NCBI GenBank assembly: GCA_024229395.1 | Contig: JAAESM010000050.1 | Location: forward strand, 250,758-314,757 | Length of the DNA stretch: 64,000 nucleotides | Reading direction: 5' to 3' | Origin: Planctomycetota bacterium | GTDB lineage: Bacteria; Planctomycetota; UBA1135 | In this document: piece by piece, positions 35,320 through 44,574 of the stretch | Position numbering within the stretch: the first letter of the stretch is position 1 | Layout: every line of letters starts with the position of its first letter | Program-made: the position numbers and the translations under genes | Notes under the pieces: model-generated | The model's database searches: none | Told to the model about the DNA's origin: nothing | Seen by the model: only the letters and a program-made list of their open reading frames with translations

Positions 35320-36672
35320 ATGTTCCACCGCGTCTTCATCGCGAACCGTGGGGAGGTGGCTGCACGATTGGTGCGCGCCTGCCGCGACATGGGAATCGAG
35401 CCGGTTTGCGCCGCCTCCGAACCCGACCTAGCCGCTGGCTTCCCCTATCTTGAGCAGGCCGCCGAGGTTGTTTGCCTTGGCCCTGGTGCCGCTGCGGATT
35501 CCTACCTGAAAATGGAGGAAGTCGTGCAGGCCGCACGCCAAAGCCATTGCACGGCTCTGCACCCAGGCTGGGGATTCCTGGCCGAGAACAGTTTGTTTGC
35601 AGCCTTATGCGAACAGCATGGCGTCAAGTTCATCGGACCATCACCAGCTGTGATGGATCAGATGGGTTTGAAGGTCGCCGCGCGCGCCGCTGCCAGTGCT
35701 GCCGGCCTGCCGGTGGTACCCGGTTCCGATGGCATGTTGACCAGTGTCGAAGAAGCTGTGGCGATGGCCGAAAGCATTGGCTTCCCAGTGGTACTGAAGG
35801 CCGATGCCGGTGGCGGTGGCCGCGGCATCCGCCGCTGCGACAACTCCAACGAGATCAAAGAAGCCTTCGTATCCGCGGCGCGTGAATCCCTTGCCGCATT
35901 CGGCAATGGTGACTTGTACATGGAGAAGTACTTGGTCGGCGGACGCCACATCGAGTTCCAGGTCATTGGCGATGGTCTAGGCAACGCAATCCATCTCGGC
36001 GAACGCGAGTGCTCGATCCAGCGTCGGCATCAGAAGTTGTTGGAAGAAGCTCCTTCTCCTGCGCTGAACGCAGAGCAACGTGATTACTACGGCGGCCTTT
36101 CTGCAGCGGCTGCCGCGCAATGGAACTACGCCGGTGTTGGCACTATGGAGTACTTGTTGGCCGACGACGGCAAGCTGTACTTCCTGGAGATGAATACGCG
36201 CTTGCAGGTGGAGCATCCGGTCACCGAATGCATTACTGGCATCGATTTGGTCCAAGCGCAGATTCGCATTGCTGCCGGCGAAGGCTTGCCATGCAAACAA
36301 GAAGATGTGCAATGGAATGGTCATGCCATTGAAGTGCGTTTGAATGCCGAGGATCCCGAGCAAGATTTCCGTCCGGCACCTGGTCGTTTGGATTGTTTCG
36401 ATCTTCCGGATCTGGAAGGCGTGCGGGTCGATAGCCACCTCACCACCGGCTCGAAGATTCCGCCGCACTACGATTCGCTGATCGCCAAAGTCATTGCCCA
36501 CGGCAGCAATCGCTCCACAGCCACCAGCACCATGCTGAGTGCTCTGGAGCAGACCAAGATCGAAGGTGTGCCCACCACCGCAGGGCTGCATACACGCATT
36601 CTGAGCTGTGAGGACTTCCAAAAAGGGGCTTTTGACACCCTTTGGCTGACAGATTTCCTTGAACGTAGCTAG
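35320..36672 (+). CDS. accC: biotin carboxylase subunit of a biotin-dependent carboxylase
   Basis: MFHRVFIANRGEVAARLVRACRDMGIE, the ATP-grasp motifs (GFPVVLKADAGGGGRGIR, EMNTRLQVEHPVTE), and the length of 450 aa. Confidence 0.9.
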   Translation: MFHRVFIANRGEVAARLVRACRDMGIEPVCAASEPDLAAGFPYLEQAAEVVCLGPGAAADSYLKMEEVVQAARQSHCTALHPGWGFLAENSLFAALCEQHGVKFIGPSPAVMDQMGLKVAARAAASAAGLPVVPGSDGMLTSVEEAVAMAESIGFPVVLKADAGGGGRGIRRCDNSNEIKEAFVSAARESLAAFGNGDLYMEKYLVGGRHIEFQVIGDGLGNAIHLGERECSIQRRHQKLLEEAPSPALNAEQRDYYGGLSAAAAAQWNYAGVGTMEYLLADDGKLYFLEMNTRLQVEHPVTECITGIDLVQAQIRIAAGEGLPCKQEDVQWNGHAIEVRLNAEDPEQDFRPAPGRLDCFDLPDLEGVRVDSHLTTGSKIPPHYDSLIAKVIAHGSNRSTATSTMLSALEQTKIEGVPTTAGLHTRILSCEDFQKGAFDTLWLTDFLERS

Positions 36673-36693
36673 ATTTACCCCCTGAAAACCCTC

Positions 36694-37316
36694 ATGAAGC
36701 AGGACTTCGCAATCCTCCTGCTGGCTGGCCTTGCTGTCGTCAGCCTGTCCTTCCAAGAGCCTACAGCCAGTCAAGAACCGCCTGCCCCTCAGAATCCAGC
36801 GGATATGGATCCAATGGAGCTGATGGCCAAAATGATGAAGGTTGGCCAGCCTGGCGAGCCACACAAGGCGTTGATGGCCATGGCCGGCAATTGGGAGACC
36901 AAAATCAAGATGAAGATGGCTCCTGATGCTCCTTGGGAGGAGTAGACCGGCAAGTCGAAGATTCAGAAGGCCCTTGGCGGCCGCTACATCATCGAGAAGT
37001 TCTCGGCTGAGTTGGGCATGATGGGCAAATTCGAAGGTCTGCTGATCCTCGGCTAAAACAACCTCACCGAAGAGTACGAGTCGATCTGGATGGACAACTT
37101 CTCCACGTCGCCAGCGCGCGCTGCTGGCAACCACAACGATGCCGGTGCCATGGTCATGAAAGGCTTGATGAAGGACCTAATCACCCCAGATGGCCGTCCT
37201 TACCGCCACGAGACCACGCCAAAAGACGACGATCACCAGTTGATGCAGATATTCGATACCATCCCCCTCACGGCGACGTGATGGTGATGGAATTTGAATA
37301 TACGCGGGTCAAGTAA
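36694..37316 (+). pseudogene. DUF1579-family secreted protein, disrupted (two in-frame stops plus one frameshift)
   Basis: A single frame runs 36694-37281, with a TAG at 36946-48 and a TAA at 37054-56. The text either side reads as one protein (signal MKQDFAILLLAGLAVVSLS ... NWETKIKMK ... ALGGRYIIEKF ... YESIWMDNFST ...). The expected C-terminus ...[17 protein letters not shown] is in the -1 frame, ending at the TAA at 37314-16. This implies a 1-nt-deletion-type shift near 37255-37270. Confidence 0.6.
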
Positions 37317-37345
37317 GACCCTCGGCGGAGTTACCCTTTTGCCCC

Positions 37346-39082
37346 ATGGCGATTGTCCCCCTCCACCCCTTCGGAAGCCCACAGGAACGCTTACTTGACC
37401 GCAAAGAGGTCAAGAGCAACTCGGTTTTTATGGCCGGCCTTGCTGAAACTTTGGCCGCCAATCGCGCCAAGGTGAAAGCCGGCTGGGGCGAGAAGTATGT
37501 GGAGCGTGTTCACGCCAAAGGAAAGCTCACGGCCTGGGAACGGGTCGAAGCACTCAAAGATGAAGGTGCCCCGGTTTATCCGTTGGGCACTTTCGTGAAT
37601 TGGGAGCGCGATTTCGATCAGGGCGGACGCATCCTGCAGGCTCCTGGCGCAGGAGTCGTCACGGTATTCACCAAGGTCGAGGATCGTTGGGTGATGGTGA
37701 TCGCCAACGACAACACGGTTGCATCCGGTTCCTGGTGGCCACAAACGCCTGAGAAGATCGAACGTGCCCAAGAGATCGCCCTGCGCTTGCGTCTGCCGGT
37801 GGTCTACTTGGTGGACTGCAGTGGTCTGTTTCTGCCGGAACAAGCCAAGTCCTTCCCGGGCCAAACCGGTGCTGGACATATCTTCATGAAGAACTCGCAG
37901 CTGTCGGCTGCGGGCGTGCCACAGATCGCTGGCGTATTCGGCGACTGCATTGCCGGTGGTGGTTATATGCCGATCATCTCCGATCGCGTCTACATGACCG
38001 AACAGGCCTATATGGTGATCGCTGGTGCAGCCTTGATCAAAGGCGCCAAGTCTCAACATCTGACTTCGCTCGGCATCGGTGGCCCTGAAGTCCATGTCAG
38101 TCGTTCCGGTTGCGCCGATGAACGCGTACCGGATGATGAAGCTTGCCTGCGCGCCATTCGTGAAGAAGTCGCGCGCACTGCCGCAAGCGGCGCCGACTTC
38201 CGACGTGGCGGCGTAGAGCCAGCTCCCCCACGCTTTGAAGCGACCGAGTTGGATACCTTATTCCCGCCGGACCACCGTACCTTCTACGATTCCCGCGAAG
38301 TGCTGGCGCGCTTGGTCGATCGCTCCTTGTTCTGGGAGTTGATGCCAGGTTTCGGTCAAGAGATGGTGGTTGGCGTTGGTCGCGTGAATGGTCTTTACTG
38401 TGGCTTCATCGCCAACGTGCAAGGTCCAGTGCCTGATCCAGAGCGCCCCGGCAAGGTGCGCCCTGGCGGCATCTTGTATCGCGACGGCATTGCCAAGATC
38501 TCGCAGTTCTCGCGCGCTTGCAACTCCGACGGCATCCCGATTGTGTGGTTGCAAGACATCTCTGGCTTCGACATCGGCACCGACGCTGAAGCGCGCGGCT
38601 TGCTCGGTTATGGATCCAACTTGATCTACACCAACAGCAGCAATGAAACGCCCATGTTCACTGTGCTGATGCGCAAGGCCAGCGGCGCGGGTTACTACGC
38701 CATGGCGGGCCTGCCTTACGAGCCCGTGGTGCAACTAAGCACCACCATCGCGCGCCAATCGGTGATGGAAGGGCGCACTCTGGCGATCGCCGCTTACAAC
38801 ACCAAATTGGATGATGACTTCAACATCGCCAGCGAAGATGAAGCCGAACGCGAAGCCATCGCCAAGGGCATGGCCGCCGTGGAAGAGCGCATCGAAGGCG
38901 ACATGGATCCCTACAAAGCCGCCAGTCAACGTGACACCGATGAAATCGTGTCGCCGGCGGAACTGCGCGGTTGGTTGGAATGCTTGGTCGAATCGGCTTA
39001 TCAAGCGCAAGGCTATCGCCGCGTCAAGAACCCGCGCATCTGGTCGCTGCATGATCTTGCAGCCATCTCTGGAGGTGCATAA
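37346..39082 (+). CDS. acyl-CoA carboxylase carboxyltransferase (beta) subunit family protein
   Basis: [19 protein letters not shown] matches the GKLTARERI motif. There are two crotonase-like CT halves, with ...AGGGYMP... and ...[35 protein letters not shown]...[14 protein letters not shown]. Substrate specificity cannot be read from the sequence. Confidence 0.8.
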   Translation: MAIVPLHPFGSPQERLLDRKEVKSNSVFMAGLAETLAANRAKVKAGWGEKYVERVHAKGKLTAWERVEALKDEGAPVYPLGTFVNWERDFDQGGRILQAPGAGVVTVFTKVEDRWVMVIANDNTVASGSWWPQTPEKIERAQEIALRLRLPVVYLVDCSGLFLPEQAKSFPGQTGAGHIFMKNSQLSAAGVPQIAGVFGDCIAGGGYMPIISDRVYMTEQAYMVIAGAALIKGAKSQHLTSLGIGGPEVHVSRSGCADERVPDDEACLRAIREEVARTAASGADFRRGGVEPAPPRFEATELDTLFPPDHRTFYDSREVLARLVDRSLFWELMPGFGQEMVVGVGRVNGLYCGFIANVQGPVPDPERPGKVRPGGILYRDGIAKISQFSRACNSDGIPIVWLQDISGFDIGTDAEARGLLGYGSNLIYTNSSNETPMFTVLMRKASGAGYYAMAGLPYEPVVQLSTTIARQSVMEGRTLAIAAYNTKLDDDFNIASEDEAEREAIAKGMAAVEERIEGDMDPYKAASQRDTDEIVSPAELRGWLECLVESAYQAQGYRRVKNPRIWSLHDLAAISGGA

Positions 39083-39093
39083 GCATTACCATC

Positions 39094-39678
39094 ATGGAAG
39101 TTCGCGCAATGGAACTATTGTCCAAGTCTTCCGCTGACGGCGAAGGCTGGAGCTTGCACTGCCCAGCGGTCGGACGCGTGGTCGACTTGCCCATGCCCGG
39201 AGTACGTCTGGTGCCCGGACAGCAATGTGGTGCCATCGACATCCTTGGCGTACGCCATCGCCTGCTGGTTCCTTCTGGCGTTGCAGGATTTGTGACAGAT
39301 TCCGTGGATCGCAGTCAACGGCTGCACTCCTGCGGCTACGGCGAAGTGCTGTTCACTGCTCAAGAAGCCACCGATGCCGTGGCGTCGGCGTTCAAGACCG
39401 CGGTCGATGCCGCCGAGACTGCTGGCCATTACATCAGTGCACCGCAAGATGGCCGTTTCTATCAACGCCCTGATCCCGACAGCCCACCCTTCGTGCAAGT
39501 CGGCGATGAGATCGAGTACGGCCGCACGGTCGGTCTGCTGGAAGTCATGAAGACCTTCAGTCCGGTCAAGTACACCGAGCAGCCGGGTCATCCGCCGCGG
39601 GCCAAGGTCAAGGCCATCCTGGTGGATGACAACGCCGACGTCGAAGACGGCCAAGCCTTGATCGAGATCGAATCTTGA
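39094..39678 (+). CDS. biotin carboxyl carrier protein (BCCP)-like with an extra N-terminal lipoyl-like half-domain
   Basis: The C-terminal ISAPQDGRFYQRPDPDSPPFVQVGDEIEYGRTVGLLEVMKTFSPVK...VEDGQALIEIE aligns to the BCCP consensus (SP..G.FY..P.P...PFV.VGD.V..G..L..IEAMK...). The biotinyl-Lys context here is E-V-M-K-T. Confidence 0.7.
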   Translation: MEVRAMELLSKSSADGEGWSLHCPAVGRVVDLPMPGVRLVPGQQCGAIDILGVRHRLLVPSGVAGFVTDSVDRSQRLHSCGYGEVLFTAQEATDAVASAFKTAVDAAETAGHYISAPQDGRFYQRPDPDSPPFVQVGDEIEYGRTVGLLEVMKTFSPVKYTEQPGHPPRAKVKAILVDDNADVEDGQALIEIES

Positions 39679-40256
39679 GCGATTCCAAGTCGCCGCAACA
39701 GCAACTGCTTTTGGCGGAGCTGCATGGCTACACCGCTGCTGATTCCACCGAGGAGCAGCACCGTCGCGACATGATCGATTTGGTCGATGCGCAAGAGGCC
39801 TGGTGGCATCGCGATACCTTGCCCGGACACATCACCGCCAGCGCCTTCGTGGTTTCACCGGATCTGCATAACTTGCTGCTGCACTTTCATCGCAAGCTAG
39901 ATCGCTGGTTGCAGTTCGGCGGCCATGATGAAGGCGAGCAACATCCGGCCAAGGCGGTCTTGCGCGAGTTAGTCGAGGAAAGCGGCTTGCAGCACTTCGA
40001 TTTTTTCGGCGACCCCGCCTTCTTCGATCTGGATATCCATCCGATCCCGGAATCTCCGAAGATGGCGGCGCACTTGCACTACGACGTACGATTCCTGTTT
40101 GTCGCCGATGACCGCCAAGAACTCAATCCAGCCGATGGCGAAAGTGACCTACTGCGCTGGATGAGCCTTAAAGATGCCACCGAAGCTCTCGACGAAGACG
40201 CTTCGCAGCGGGTCTACCGTAAGATGTTGGATTTGCGAGATGCCAGAAAACAGTAG
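39675..40256 (+). CDS. NUDIX hydrolase
   Basis: NUDIX box GGHDEGEQHPAKAVLRELVEESGL (Gx5Ex7REUxEExGU). The TTG start overlaps the BCCP stop, so the start is uncertain. Confidence 0.8.
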   Translation: MSDSKSPQQQLLLAELHGYTAADSTEEQHRRDMIDLVDAQEAWWHRDTLPGHITASAFVVSPDLHNLLLHFHRKLDRWLQFGGHDEGEQHPAKAVLRELVEESGLQHFDFFGDPAFFDLDIHPIPESPKMAAHLHYDVRFLFVADDRQELNPADGESDLLRWMSLKDATEALDEDASQRVYRKMLDLRDARKQ

Positions 40257-40286
40257 CAGGCCTTTTTTTCGTGGTAGGCTTATTTC

Positions 40287-42659
40287 ATGCCACCCGATTT
40301 TTGGCTCATCGCTTCTCAAGCCTTGGCTGTCGGTAGCTTAGTAGTTATCGGGATCCAGATATATAAGCAGCGTCAAACGCGACGCCGAGTTCATCACTTA
40401 GTCGATGAACTCGCAAGCGGCAGACGTGACTTGATGCAACTGCGTTATCGTTCGAACTCCAACACTATGTTGATGGAGGTCTCGAGCCTATTCATTCGTA
40501 GCCACAGCGACGACGTCGATGACGTAGTCGATCGTGGCCTGGAAACGCTCGGTGACTTCATGCGCACCGACCGCGCTTATGTGTTCATGTTCGACATGCA
40601 TAGTTGGACCATGTCGAATACCCATGAGTGGTGTGAAGATCCTCTGCTCACCGAAAAGGATGGCCTGCAGGATTTGAACATTCGCGATTTCGGTTGGTTC
40701 GTGAATCGCATCCTGGCACGCCAAGTCGTACAAATTCCGGTGGTCGCACGGATCCCAGAGGAGGCGGAGAATTTTCGCCGCGTACTGGAGCAACAATCAA
40801 TCTTATCGCTGGTTGCAGTTCCTATGATCTGCCGCGACAACGTCATCGGTTTCATCGGTCTGGATAGCGTGCGCCGACAACGCACATGGTCCGACGACGA
40901 GACCGCCGTACTGCGTACCGTGTCTGAGATCTTCGCTTCGGAACTTTCGCACCGCACCGCCGAGAGTGAAGCGCAAACCAACCGCCAGCAGTTCGAGACC
41001 CTGCTGTCCTATGCGCCAGTAGCTATGTTCGTCTTCGACCGCCAGGGCAAAGTTCTGCTAGCTGTTGGACGTGCCCTCGCACGTGCTGGCATGATCACCA
41101 GCCAACTGCCTGGAAAGTCTGGTTTTGACCTGTTGAGCAAATCGCCGCAGATGCTGCTGGACCTGGAGAAAGGCCTTTCTGGCCAAGAGTTCCGCTCCGA
41201 AGTGGTGTTCGGCAAACGCGTCTTCGACAGTTATTACACGCCAGTTTTCTCTGAGTTCCAGAAGCTCGACAAGCTCATCGTGATCGCCACCGACGTCACC
41301 GAGCGCACCTTGGTCGAGGAGCAGCTAAACCAGGCCAAGCTTTACGATCCAGTCACGCTGCTACCAAACCGCAGCTTGTTCTTGGATCGCTTGCGCTTGT
41401 TCATCGACAAGCGATATCTCGATCATTCGCAATCAGCTGCAGTCTTGTTCTTCGACCTGGATCGCTTCGTACCGCTGAATGATGCGCTCGGCATGGAAGC
41501 CGCTAACGAGGTGCTGCGCCAAGTCGCGAAAATCCTTAAGGATTTCTTCTCGCCAGCGACTTTGATCGCGCGTGTCGGTTCCGACGAGTTCGCGGTCCTT
41601 ATCGAGAACGTGCGCTCCGAAAACGAGATCACCAGCATCGCCGCGGAAGCGCAGGAAGCCCTGCGCAGTGGCGTCGCCGTCAGCGGGCGCCGCATTGCAT
41701 GTACCGCCAGTATCGGCATCTCGATGTCGTCGGAGCAGCACAAGGCACCGGAGGATTGGTTACGCGAATCGCATACCGGCATGGTGGCAGCCAAGCGCAA
41801 AGGTGGTGCAATTGCCGAGGTCTTCCGCCCAGTCATGCACACCCACATCCTCTCCAGTTGGAAGCTTGAGGAGGAACTCAACAACGCCATTGAGAAGGAT
41901 CAGATCGATGCCTGGTTGCAGCCGATCGTTGACCTGGAGAGTGGCACGCCCGTCGGCTTCGAGGCGCTGGCGCGCTGGTCGCACCCGGAAGGCGGCATGA
42001 TCCCACCGGCGCAGTTCATTCCGATCGCCGAAGATAACGGCAGCATCGGCGAAATCTCGTGGACGATGTTGCGCAAGGCCAGCGCTATGTTGAAGATGTG
42101 CCACGAGCTTGGCGAGAAATGGCATGACCTTTACGTCAGCGTGAACCTGTCGCCAAAACAACTTGGTGATCCGTCGATTCTGGAACGCACGTGCGACATC
42201 TTGCGCGAGCATGGACTCGAGCCACGCCATCTCAAATACGAGATCACCGAGCGCGACGCCATCAACCCTGGCGAGGATGTGCTGCCGATCCTGGAGTCCT
42301 TCCAGATGGCCGGCATTCAACTGAGCTTGGATGACTTTGGCACCGGCTACAGCTCCTTGAGTTACTTGAACCAATTGCCCGCATCATCGATGAAGATCGA
42401 CCGCAGCTTCGTAGTCAGCATGGACCGTTCCAGCACCGGCCGCAAGGTCATCTCATCGATCCTGCTGCTCGGCCAAGGATTGAATATGGAGATCATCGCC
42501 GAAGGCATTGAGACCGCCGAGCAACGCGAACAGCTGTCCGGCATGGGATGTGGCCTCGGCCAAGGTTTCCTGTTCGCGAAACCGATGCCACTCCCCGCCG
42601 TCATCGCCTACTTGGATAAGAATCAGTTCCTTGGCGCCATGGCGTCGGCTTCCAAGTAA
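40287..42659 (+). CDS. membrane-anchored GAF-PAS-GGDEF-EAL cyclic-di-GMP signalling protein (GGDEF degenerate, EAL intact)
   Basis: TM helix LIASQALAVGSLVVIGIQIY. GAF-like (RTDRAYVFMFD...LVAVPMI...IGFIGLD) and PAS-like segments are present. The GGDEF domain starts at DPVTLLPNRSLF and has GSDEF (RVGSDEFAVL) in place of GG(D/E)EF. EAL motifs are EALARW, NLSP, EITER, DDFGTGYSSLSYL, KIDRSF, EGIET and QGF. Confidence 0.85.
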   Translation: MPPDFWLIASQALAVGSLVVIGIQIYKQRQTRRRVHHLVDELASGRRDLMQLRYRSNSNTMLMEVSSLFIRSHSDDVDDVVDRGLETLGDFMRTDRAYVFMFDMHSWTMSNTHEWCEDPLLTEKDGLQDLNIRDFGWFVNRILARQVVQIPVVARIPEEAENFRRVLEQQSILSLVAVPMICRDNVIGFIGLDSVRRQRTWSDDETAVLRTVSEIFASELSHRTAESEAQTNRQQFETLLSYAPVAMFVFDRQGKVLLAVGRALARAGMITSQLPGKSGFDLLSKSPQMLLDLEKGLSGQEFRSEVVFGKRVFDSYYTPVFSEFQKLDKLIVIATDVTERTLVEEQLNQAKLYDPVTLLPNRSLFLDRLRLFIDKRYLDHSQSAAVLFFDLDRFVPLNDALGMEAANEVLRQVAKILKDFFSPATLIARVGSDEFAVLIENVRSENEITSIAAEAQEALRSGVAVSGRRIACTASIGISMSSEQHKAPEDWLRESHTGMVAAKRKGGAIAEVFRPVMHTHILSSWKLEEELNNAIEKDQIDAWLQPIVDLESGTPVGFEALARWSHPEGGMIPPAQFIPIAEDNGSIGEISWTMLRKASAMLKMCHELGEKWHDLYVSVNLSPKQLGDPSILERTCDILREHGLEPRHLKYEITERDAINPGEDVLPILESFQMAGIQLSLDDFGTGYSSLSYLNQLPASSMKIDRSFVVSMDRSSTGRKVISSILLLGQGLNMEIIAEGIETAEQREQLSGMGCGLGQGFLFAKPMPLPAVIAYLDKNQFLGAMASASK

Positions 42660-43117
42660 CCGCTGAAGAAGATCCTGCGGTTACATTCGTTCACTGGCGA
42701 CGAACGATAGTGCATCCAGACTTCACGACCGCTGGTGAAGCAGACGCCGGTCTCCCAGCGCAATGGATAAGGCAGCTCGCGCATGGGTGAATCGAAGACC
42801 ACACGGCGATCACGCTCGTAGCGACTCTCGATCCACAGACGATCGCTGTGGTTGATCTTGATAATCTCATCCTCGTAGGAAAGGAACCACATGTCAGTGA
42901 GCACGAAGCGCAAGCCATCGGGCACCACGAGCAGCTGCGTCTCGGTGTTCTCTTCGAAACGGATGCTATCCCAGATCGGCTGACGCTGTGGCACGACTGC
43001 ATAATTGGTGTAGCCTTCTACGGTGGCGGCACGTGGTGCGAACACGACAAGCAAAGGCGCGGCAATCAGGACCGCGAGAAGAAATGTTGAAGAAGTAAGT
43101 TTCATGGTCGTAGACAA
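42623..43117 (-). CDS. hypothetical secreted protein
   Basis: Signal peptide MKLTSSTFLLAVLIAAPLLVVFA. No recognisable motifs. The 3' end overlaps the convergent EAL gene by 37 nt. Confidence 0.4.
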   Translation of the reverse strand: MSTTMKLTSSTFLLAVLIAAPLLVVFAPRAATVEGYTNYAVVPQRQPIWDSIRFEENTETQLLVVPDGLRFVLTDMWFLSYEDEIIKINHSDRLWIESRYERDRRVVFDSPMRELPYPLRWETGVCFTSGREVWMHYRSSPVNECNRRIFFSGYLEADAMAPRN

Positions 43118-43137
43118 AGCGGAGAATCCGCTGAGCG

Positions 43138-44541
43138 ATGTTAACCTGTGATGGCATGAAGCATGTACTTGTACTGAACCTGGTGGGGCTAAACCGCGCC
43201 CTGATCGACTCTGGCGCCATGCCAGCGGTGCAAGCCTATGCCCAAAAGCAGCGGCTGCTTGAGGTCGTGCCTCCTTTGCCAGCGGTCACATGCACAGCTC
43301 AGGCCGACATGATGATGGGCTGTAACGCCAATCAGCACGGCGGTGTGGCCAATGGTTGGTACTTCCGTGACCTCGCGGAAGTGTGGCTATGGCGGCAATC
43401 GGTCAAGTTGATTGACGGCAACGGTGCACTCGAATCGATCTTCCAACGCTGGAAGCGCGCCTACCCCGAGTCCACGACTGCCCAAGTATTCTGGTGGTGG
43501 AACCTGCCTGGTCATGCCGATCTGTGCATCACGCCGCGCCCCACCTATTATGCCGACGGCCGCAAGAGCCCTGATACGCATAGCTCGCCGCCGTCGTATC
43601 GCCTTGAGTTGCAGGAAGAGCTGGGTGATTTCCCGCTGTTCCGTTTCTGGGGACCGGGTGCTGACATCGCCAGCACGCGTTGGATCGCCGAGGCCGTGCG
43701 TCACACCATGCGCAAGCACAAGCCCGGCCTAGTCATGGGTTACTTGCCACACTTGGACTATGACCTGCAGCGCTATGGTCCGAACTCCTCGCAAGCCAAG
43801 GCCGCAGCCGCCGAGTTGGATAAAGAAGTCGCGCGCCTACTCGAAGAAGCCGAGTTGCTCGGTTATGAAGTCATCTTGCTGAGCGAGTATGGCATCGAGG
43901 AAGTCAACCAAGCGGTGTTCCCGAATCATGTCTTGCGTGATGCCGGTTTGCTGGAAGTTCATCCTGCACGCAATGGTGCCTTGTTGGACCCGGGCAACTC
44001 ACGCGCCTTCGCGGTTTGTGATCACCAACTCGCACATGTCTATGTCGATGACCCTGCCGACTTGGCTAAAGTGCGCGAACTACTGAGCAATCTGGAAGGC
44101 GTCGAGCAGTGTTATGGCAGTGAGGAACTGGAGGCACTCGGCTTGGCCCATGCGCGTAGCGGTGAGCTGGTCCTTGTTGCAGAACAGGGTTTCTGGTTTG
44201 CCTACCCCTATTGGACCGGCAATGATCAAGAACCGGACTTCGCGCGCACCGTCGACATCCACCGCAAGCCAGGATACGACCCATGCGAGTTGCTGTTCGA
44301 TCCGAACATCTCATGGCTGAAGCCACGGCTAGCCTTGAAGCTGCTCGGCAAGAAGCTCGGTCAACGCACGATGATGAACGTCATCCCCACCGATACTTCC
44401 TTGGTGCGCGGTTCGCACGGACGCCCACCATCGTCGGCAGAAATGGCACCCGTGTGGATCGGCCCGGTAGACTTGGCGCCGCATGGACAAAAGACAACCG
44501 CGGCCAACGTCTTTCAACGTCTAGCCGCGGTTGATGAATAG
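43138..44541 (+). CDS. alkaline-phosphatase-superfamily protein (type I phosphodiesterase / nucleotide pyrophosphatase-like)
   Basis: HVLVLNLVGLN...PPLPAVTCTAQADMMMG matches the metal-site/nucleophile-Thr context of PF01663-type enzymes, together with later GYLPHLDY and SEYG motifs. An alternative ATG lies at 43156. Confidence 0.65.
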   Translation: MLTCDGMKHVLVLNLVGLNRALIDSGAMPAVQAYAQKQRLLEVVPPLPAVTCTAQADMMMGCNANQHGGVANGWYFRDLAEVWLWRQSVKLIDGNGALESIFQRWKRAYPESTTAQVFWWWNLPGHADLCITPRPTYYADGRKSPDTHSSPPSYRLELQEELGDFPLFRFWGPGADIASTRWIAEAVRHTMRKHKPGLVMGYLPHLDYDLQRYGPNSSQAKAAAAELDKEVARLLEEAELLGYEVILLSEYGIEEVNQAVFPNHVLRDAGLLEVHPARNGALLDPGNSRAFAVCDHQLAHVYVDDPADLAKVRELLSNLEGVEQCYGSEELEALGLAHARSGELVLVAEQGFWFAYPYWTGNDQEPDFARTVDIHRKPGYDPCELLFDPNISWLKPRLALKLLGKKLGQRTMMNVIPTDTSLVRGSHGRPPSSAEMAPVWIGPVDLAPHGQKTTAANVFQRLAAVDE

Positions 44542-44574
44542 CCGAGCAGTGTGCGTCTGCTCCGCTAGCTGTTC

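Noticed and set aside
40254-40286. T7 run after the NUDIX stop as an intrinsic terminator
   Set aside because: I could not find a convincing GC-rich stem immediately upstream of the T-run; only 3-bp pairings are possible.
44544-44562. Hairpin GAGCAG-tgtgcgt-CTGCTC between the convergent phosphodiesterase and porin-like genes
   Set aside because: The stem is only 6 bp, with no flanking T/A tracts. It is too weak to call as a terminator.
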